Positions 58,407-64,000 of a stretch of 64,000 bases of DNA are shown here, piece by piece. The notes below the pieces were generated by a model. It worked only from the letters and a program-made list of their open reading frames with translations, ran no database searches and was not told the origin of the DNA. This DNA comes from Octopus vulgaris. Taxonomy: Eukaryota. The position numbers were made by a program, and so were the translations under genes. Position 1 is the first letter of the stretch. Each line of letters opens with the position of its first letter. The stretch spans positions 98,146,001-98,210,000 of the forward strand of contig OX597824.1 in NCBI GenBank assembly GCA_951406725.2, read 5' to 3'.

Positions 58407-59241
58407 CATCGTGTGTGTTATTTTTATTTCTGTTATTATTTATACTTCCTTTAACTATAGTATCATTCAAATTCATCTCAGCATAAATAGCTATTGTGTC
58501 AGTAATCCCTGTGCTAGTATAAACCTCGGAGTTAGTCTATATTGTACATATTAGATGTATTAGTACTGTTTCTAATTCCTACATCACCATTAATATTATT
58601 CTCATTGTAGGGGTTTAAACGAGTGTTGACAACATTATTATTATTATTATTATTAACTCCTCTTGCCAATTTTATACTCTTTTTATATAACCTGGCTATG
58701 ATGGTACCTATATTGCGTCTTGCCCCTTCAACTGGTAATTAGCATCATGATTTAGAGTTTTCCCCTACCCAGCCTCCTTTTATGGACAGTTACTCTATAT
58801 CCAATTTACTACTAATGTCTCCTTCCCTCCCTGAAGAAAAGGGGTACATATGACAATATCTATGACTATACCTAGCCATGAGCTCTTGCCCTTCATTCTA
58901 AACAGACACAGTCCTCTAGTCTTAGACTGAGTGGTTGATAAAAAGACAAATAAATTAGAAATGAACCACAATCCTTTACAAGCTATGATCCCAGTGGGCT
59001 CCTTGGCATTCTTGGAAGTGTAGTCTATTTTTACCTACAATAGCAACAACATGAATTTCTTCCATCTTCTTGCTCTGTTAAAGTATTTGAGTAAAATTAT
59101 ATTAATGTGTCCAACTGTTTAAAATTCAATTTATTTGTGCAGCTGATGATAGCCCTGCATTTAAATTGATTTAATGATTGCATTGTTCAATTAAATGGAG
59201 TTGCTTGAAATGTACTGCATCACTTCTTGATATCCTGCTGC

Positions 59242-59297
<56 letters not shown>

Positions 59298-59508
59298 TCC
59301 ACAAAGTCTGGGTACATGGGAATTAACACATACTTTAAGAAATTATCATTTCTTATATTTAATTTTTTATGTTATGATTTTATTTACTCCATATACCCAG
59401 ATCAGACTGGAGCTGGTGCAGCCTCCTGGTTTCCCAGATCCCGGTCGAACCGTCCAACCCATGCCAGCATGGAAAACGGACGTTAAACGATGATGATGAT
59501 GATGATGA

Positions 59509-59560
<52 letters not shown>

Positions 59561-60553
59561 TTGAATGGTTCGACTGAGGTCTGGGAAGCCAGGAGGCAGC
59601 ACCAGGCTCCAGTCTGATCTGGTAGTGTTTCTACAGCTGGATGCCCTTCTTAACGCCAACCACTCTGAGAGTGTAGTGGGTGCTTTTTACGTGCCAGGGG
59701 AGGCTGGCAACGGCCACGGTCAGTTGGTGCTTTTTACGTGCCACCAAAGGTGGTACGTGGTTGGTGACAATGGAAATGGTTAAGATAGGAAATTTTCAAG
59801 AAGGAACAAGCTTTATGAACCAACTCAGTCAAGTGCAATATTATTAAGACAGTTGTATCATCTGAGACAGTTGCACATATAATTAGTGGATGCTCAAAAA
59901 AGGCCCCAAAAGAAGTACAAAAAAATGCAACAACAAAGTAGCAGTGTGAGTGTGAATACACTGGGAGTTGTGCAAGAAGTATGGGCTAGAATGTTCTAAC
60001 AAGTGGTTTGAGCACCAACCTTTAGCAGTAGCTGAAAGTGATTAGGTGAGGAGTCTTACATGGGATGCGCCAATGTACACAGACAAAAAGCTGCAACATA
60101 ACCAACCGGATATCACTCTTCTACAGGAGTATAAAGAATGGACCTTCACCAATGTAGCTCTACTTGCAGACCAGCATATTGTGAAGAGAGAGGATGAGAA
60201 AGTTGGGAAGCACCAAGACCTAGCATTGGAAGTGAAACCCATCCATAGAGCCTCAGAAGTGAGTGTGGTACCGATTGTGATTGGGGCACTTGGGACCATC
60301 TCAAAGAAAGCAATATTGTGACATCAAAAGCTGAAAATACCAAACTTCATAACAAGTAATAATCAGTTGGTAGCAACACTTGGCACAGCTCGTGTTTTGG
60401 GGAAAGTGTTCTGTCTCTAAGCTGCAGGATGGAGCAGAGATGAGATATGGATAAATCAGGGAAAGAAAAAAATCGTCGTCGTCGTTTTCTTTTACTACTT
60501 AATGTCCATTTTCCATGTTGGTATGGGTTGGATAGGTATCAGTAATAATAATG

Positions 60554-60615
<62 letters not shown>

Positions 60616-62320
60616 AATGATGATGATGATGATGATGTTGGTGGTGGTGGTGGATTTGGTGGTGGTGGTGGTGATGATGATGATTATGATGATGATGATG
60701 ATAATGATGATAGTAATAACAATTCAATTAAGTGCTTAATGAAACAGTTATAAAACAAAGACAAATTGAAATAGAAAATAGTTTTAATTATTTTGTGTTT
60801 TATAATTAATGAAATTTTTGGTATAAATAACTAACCGTATGAAACTGTAATAAAAAGATTGTCAACAAGGCCATAAAGGATTATTTTGCAAGGAGGAGAA
60901 GTCCCACTGCACGACTGGGAAGATCAACTTTGGAATGTAAAGGGTTGTAACTAATTACCACAAGGCATTTTGTTGGATGCTCTACCAAGCACAAGTTCAA
61001 TTATTGACTGGTTCACTCTGGAAACAGTCATCAATTTCACAATGGTCCCACTGCTGCTGCTACTTTACACACACACACACACACACATATGTGTATGTGT
61101 GTGTGTGTATGTGTGTGTGGCTACAGAGACAGACAAACAGATACTTTTATTGTTGTTGTTCTTGTTATTCTTCTTCTTCTCATCCGGTTCCACAATTTTC
61201 AAACCAAATTTTCTTCTTTACACTCACAGCATTCTTCGTTTTCTCTCTTCAACTCGTCATTCTCATCCTGTGTGCTACTCAAAGAATCTTCTGGTTGTTT
61301 CTGGAGAGTCTTTGAGTAGAAAGTAGCAGCCGGGTAAACCCATCGTTCGGTTAGTTCAGTGCCATCGGAACTCAGGTTTAAACTTTTCTCACCCTTTCGT
61401 CCACCATGAGAACATTGACCACCAGGCATGTCCTCACAGCTCATACTCAGAATGGTGGCCGATTTGGTCTCACGTACACTGCAAGCGCTGGCAAATTCTG
61501 TCTTACCAAAGCAATGCTGTCTATGTTTCCCACAGACACTGTCCTCTGCATCTGGTTTCCCCATAATCCATTCTTTATCTTTTAAACCCCCACATGTGGC
61601 TGCCATATCTTTTAGACCCCCACATGTGGCTTCCATATCACAAGGGTCACTGCAACAAAGATTGTCCTTGGCCTCTTTCAAACACTGACCTTTAGGCTGA
61701 CCGGTGAAATCATCGTTATTGTCTACGTCCTCAGCATCAATAATGTCTAAAGTAAGAGGACTGCATCGGCCACTACTACTACTACCACTGCTACTACTGC
61801 TGCTGCTACAGCTACTGCTGCCGCTACTACTACTACTACGACAATCGTAGTGTCCAGCTACCTCATCCATTTCGCCGTGACCAGCACCACTGACGGCTTC
61901 GCTTAAGTGACCATCACCTATAATGATCTCACTGATTTCATTGATCTCATCAATTTCATTTACTTCATCCAGATCAGTGATCTGATTGACCCCAATGACC
62001 TCATTAGTTTGACCTTTACCAATACCAGTAATATCTTGGATCAAAACTCTGTAAGGGTTACATCTTGACTGACCGTTAACTCTGCTGCTCTCATCCACTT
62101 CATCATTAACCTCTTCCACCAATGGTCTACCACCATCACTGCTACTGTTATTACCAAAAATGGCAGCAGCAGCAGAAATAGTAGTAGTAGTAGTAGTACT
62201 AGTACTAGTAGTAGAACTGGTATTAATAGTTGTAGTAGTAATAGTAGAAGTAGTAGCAGTAATATCTTTCAATGGCTCCATTTCTTCAACCAAACATATT
62301 TTTGTTGGTTTATATATTTC
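40378..62320 (-). CDS. ARHGEF39: Multi-exon Rho guanine nucleotide exchange factor gene (DH-PH), ARHGEF39-like
   Basis: 12 GT-AG exons with consistent phases. DH motifs: RRKIIKEIFETEKTY, LFSNIEQI, PFLKLYSTYANN, LLITPVQRVPRYKLLLEDLL. PH motifs: REFIREGAL, RMFFLFSDMLIYAKPK, NWIECLESAI. No FYVE domain seen. Gene symbol is from recalled similarity to ARHGEF39 (QEGRPEF, RMFFLFTDVLLMAKP) and needs a search to confirm. Confidence 0.8.
41143..41346 (+). mobile_element. SINE family B nested in an older antisense copy, with a probable TSD
   Basis: Head AGGCGGAAGCTGGCAGAAACGTTAGC; GGTATTTATTTATCAATG(C/T)CA repeated at 41110-41130 and 41347-41367. Confidence 0.8.
42148..42377 (-). CDS. ARHGEF39: ARHGEF39-like exon (WSSSLTCPAG...RPRPLSQF)
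   Basis: ttctctctgcag acceptor, gtaagt donor, open frame, phase 0 to 2. Confidence 0.75.
43225..43418 (-). mobile_element. SINE family B
   Basis: CAAAGTCGACCTCGGCGGAATTTGAACTCAGAAC..GACGAAATACCGCT, reverse complement of the family B head. Confidence 0.85.
43875..44152. mobile_element. hAT/Charlie-type MITE
   Basis: Imperfect TIRs AGTGGTTCCCAAA and TTTGGGAAACACT, about 280 bp apart. Confidence 0.65.
44391..44606 (-). CDS. ARHGEF39: ARHGEF39-like exon (VRPTIQKSLLF...EKQLSSEL)
   Basis: ttttcttcctctag acceptor, gtaatc donor, 216 bp, phase 0 to 0. Confidence 0.75.
45044..45250 (-). mobile_element. RTE ORF fragment fused to the RTE 3' tail
   Basis: GVGRNSIQCTQCKPWT (compare GVGRNSIRCTKCKLWT near 31750) joined to CATGCCAGCATGGAAAACGGACGTTAAA(GAT)n. 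Confidence 0.75.
45681..45792 (-). CDS. ARHGEF39: ARHGEF39-like exon (KLTENRQTLKKPSSNKVPLRGRTLLRQKKLDKKNSRK)
   Basis: gttttcag acceptor, gtaatg donor, phase 2 to 0. Confidence 0.8.
45943..46031 (-). CDS. ARHGEF39: ARHGEF39-like exon, end of PH domain (ITCKEESLVLYSLDPAEVTNWIECLESAI)
   Basis: ctttactcttcag acceptor, gtgagt donor, conserved PH Trp helix, phase 0 to 2. Confidence 0.85.
46125..46670 (-). mobile_element. CR1-clade LINE 3' fragment (intronic)
   Basis: RPILEYG..LERVQKLATRMV.GL..LSY.ERL..LDLYSLEKRR..RGDLI..RGHSKKL..FSVRV..WNKLP, the classic CR1 C-terminus. Confidence 0.88.
47037..47228 (-). CDS. ARHGEF39: ARHGEF39-like exon, PH domain (VARKGGKSHDRMFFLFSDMLIYAKPK...GGMFQ)
   Basis: cttctctccag acceptor, gtaagt donor, 192 bp. 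Confidence 0.92.
48866..49026 (-). CDS. ARHGEF39: ARHGEF39-like exon, DH-PH junction (AAKEICNIAFHINEHIRQHENFQKMLSIQ...REGALRK)
   Basis: tatttcag acceptor, gtgagt donor, phase 1 to 0. Confidence 0.92.
49250..49398 (+). mobile_element. 3' end of the RTE family
   Basis: TAGGAAGGGCATCCAGCTGTAGAAAC..CATGCCAGCATGGAAAGCGGACGTTAAAC(GAT)n. Confidence 0.85.
49605..49675 (-). CDS. ARHGEF39: ARHGEF39-like exon, DH domain (YKLLLEDLLEHTPTSHYDYHDLQ)
   Basis: cattctctcag acceptor, gtaaga donor, phase 2 to 1. Confidence 0.92.
50184..50302 (-). CDS. ARHGEF39: ARHGEF39-like exon, DH domain (EWLQKSSEFAEFIQNQEARPEVMGLKFNALLITPVQRVP)
   Basis: tttcctctgcag acceptor, gtaaat donor, DH CR3 motif. Confidence 0.92.
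50922..51142 (+). mobile_element. SINE family B, full length
   Basis: AAGGCGGCAAAATGGCAGAATTGTTAGC..GAGTTCAAATTC..GCCTTTCATCCTTTCGGGG..GGCCTTGTACCTATAACAGAAAGGA. Confidence 0.85.
51692..51907 (-). CDS. ARHGEF39: ARHGEF39-like exon, DH domain (FFFFPLRFDCIIPEAVHNKLFSNIEQI...QALATFQ)
   Basis: ttttttcccag acceptor, gtaaga donor, 216 bp. Confidence 0.92.
52472..52641 (-). CDS. ARHGEF39: ARHGEF39-like exon, start of DH domain (LNEIAQEEK...RRKIIKEIFETEKTYQNLLDIIHR)
   Basis: gtttcttcag acceptor, gtaagt donor, DH CR1 motif, phase 1 to 0. Confidence 0.92.
53666..53719 (-). CDS. ARHGEF39: ARHGEF39-like short exon (CSDSLTVIMMSLRSRIQ), possible alternative start Met
   Basis: ttctttctccacag acceptor, gtaaac donor, phase 1 to 1, in frame with the next exon. 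Confidence 0.7.
54225..54992 (+). mobile_element. SINE family A, split by an antisense RTE 3' end (54299-54726) carrying about 5 diverged array units
   Basis: SINE 5' part ends AGATTT at 54294-54299 and resumes AGATTTGG at about 54728; the insert is the reverse complement of the RTE 3' UTR. Confidence 0.75.
55865..56240 (-). mobile_element. Two tandem or nested SINE family B copies
   Basis: AAAGTCGACCTCGGCGGAA..TGAACTCAGAACATAA..CGAAATAC occurs twice (about 55972-56025 and 56143-56195). Confidence 0.85.
57780..58295 (-). mobile_element. 5'-truncated RTE LINE: last codons, 3' UTR with about 5 diverged array units, and (GAT)n tail
   Basis: Minus strand GGAAAGACCTG..CAAGTGAAATCGAAATCAAAT resembles the ORF end at 32490-32535, then repeated GGTGGCACGTAAAAAGCACC units and the standard tail. 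Confidence 0.8.
59397..59750. mobile_element. Tail-to-tail pair of RTE 3' ends around (GAT)n(TA)n
   Basis: CCAGATCAGACTGGAGC.. at 59397 and ..GCTCCAGTCTGATCTGG ending at 59622. Confidence 0.8.
59830..60420 (+). mobile_element. Degraded R4/Dong-like LINE, restriction-like endonuclease end
   Basis: ETVAHIISGCS, WDAPMYTDKKLQHNQPDI, EDEKVGKHQDLALE and VVPIVIGALGTI. Confidence 0.75.
60543..60720. repeat. Compound (AAT)n/(GAT)n/(GGT)n trinucleotide repeat
   Basis: Seen directly. Confidence 0.9.
61228..62320 (-). CDS. Large low-complexity N-terminal exon, probably of the ARHGEF39-like gene (first ATG at 62281)
   Basis: ~1.1 kb open frame (track ORF 61199-62326), acceptor tattttgcag ending at 62321, donor gtgagt starting at 61227 in phase 1, which joins in frame to exon 53666-53719. 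No recognisable domain. Confidence 0.55.
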
Positions 62321-62756
62321 CTGCAAAATAGTAAAGAGATAAGATTACATATATATACATATATATATAGTGAGCATTAACAAAAAACAAAAGACGAAGA
62401 CGGGTGTGTAAATAACAAACAGATGTATTAGTTTAACGCTTGGGAATTGAGAAAGTCTTTTACGTTTCGAGCCTATGCTCTTCAACAGAAAGGAACACAG
62501 AAATAAACTGAGAGAATATAAAAGAGGTTTAGTGGCTAGCGATCTATCATGGCAAATGCCAGACAGAGGGGTCACACAGGAGAGCTAAGTAGAAGGAGAG
62601 ATAATAAAGTAGTGGTGATCCCAAAACGATGGTGCACGTGTGCGTGTGTATGTGAGAGCGTGTATATGCGTATGGAAGGGGGCTAATGACCTTGACATGT
62701 GCGTGTGTGCATGTGCAGGTGTGTGGATGATGGTGTAGATGCTGAGAAGTGGCAGT

Positions 62757-62831
<75 letters not shown>

Positions 62832-62839
62832 TTATATAT

Positions 62840-63235
62840 CAGGTCATTAAGAAAGAAATGTCCAATTTTCTTCTGCACCAAGTTTGACAGTCCTTATCTC
62901 TTAATGTTTTATCCTGACAATTCTTTGTTTTACAACATTGAAGAGTTACATCATCACTTTCTGAAATGCCATTCCTGGTGTCTGATTGTATTGTGAGTTT
63001 TCTCTTGTAAATCAATTTTTGTGAACCCATGGAGAGATCAAAAATTCATGTTGTTTATGAATATGAGTTCCGTCAAGGGACCAATGCCTCCCAGACAGCT
63101 GGAAACACCAATGAGGTGTTTGGTGAAGATGTGGCAAATGAGTGAACTGTACATCGATGGTTTGAGAAGTTCCGGTCTGGTGACTTTACTCTGTGGCAGA
63201 CCTGAGACCAAAGTGGATAACGATGTTCTGTGGAT
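62840..63235 (+). mobile_element. Mariner element 5' remnant
   Basis: YEFRQGTNASQTAGNTNEVFGEDVANE.TVHRWFEKFRSGDF..GRPETKVDND is a mariner N-terminal HTH; begins after a TA tract. Confidence 0.75.
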
Positions 63236-64000
63236 GTATAAGGCACATCCACCTCATTCAACACATCTGACAAGGTAGACATGTCCCCAAACACACACAA
63301 AATATTAAGTATATTACAGTTTTTATGCATGTGTATGTGTGCGTACGTGTGTGTGTGTCTGTGTGTGTGCGCTTACGTGGTGACATTGTCATCCCACCCA
63401 TCCACAAGTCAACTGCTGTTTCTGTGCCTTCAAAGCTACGAAGAATAAGAGATCCTCATTTGAGAAACAGGTAAAGCTAAGCGACAGGAAGAGGATCCAG
63501 CTTTAAAGTAATGCCTCAATAATATATTCCTCTAACCCATGCAAGCAATGGAAAAATGGATGTAAAAATGAACAAACAACATCTGAGTGTGTGTTAATGA
63601 AGTCTATACGTTAGGCATTTTTTCTACAATAGGTGCAACTGCATCCTTCTGTGTTGTAAGAGATGAATGAAAGAATTGCCTCAAAAAATCCCGTCCAACC
63701 CAAGCCAGCATAGAAAAGCAGATGTAAAATGATGGTGGTGATGGTAATGATCATGATGGTGATGATGATTCTATGTTTCCAATTAGAAACCTTACCTCCA
63801 CTTCATTTGATAAACTCATATTTTTCTCCAGAGAAACCATATCAGTGTCAATGTCTTCAAGAACAGGGATGTCCTACAAGGAAAACCACAAAAATAACAA
63901 CGTTGGAGCTACATCATGACATACATAGGATATATATATATATTTATATTTATATATACATTAAATATTGAATATATATTATATAATATATAATATGGTC

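Overview
Eukaryotic, repeat-dense genomic DNA. The SINE and LINE families and the microsatellite load point to an octopus (coleoid cephalopod); this species call is inferred. The right third holds one well-supported multi-exon gene on the minus strand: a DH-PH RhoGEF most similar to ARHGEF39. I traced it through 12 GT-AG exons with consistent phases, from about 62320 down to a TAA at 40378, and it ends in a CaaX-like motif (CSLQ). The rest is transposable elements and simple repeats: two tRNA-derived SINE families, a cluster of CR1/Jockey-group LINE copies embedded in (TA)n arrays, RTE LINEs, R4/Dong-type LINE remnants, Penelope-like remnants, mariner remnants and MITEs. The most unusual observations are: (i) a young RTE LINE whose 3' UTR carries a 12-unit, ~61-bp tandem array of hairpin/pseudoknot-capable modules, with copy number varying between family members; (ii) a SINE and a LINE sharing the same 3' tail; (iii) a 134-bp near-perfect foldback; (iv) several inverted TE pairs that could form dsRNA; (v) a cluster of TTTCCACA motifs downstream of the gene. 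Nearly all short ORFs in the track are microsatellite artefacts.
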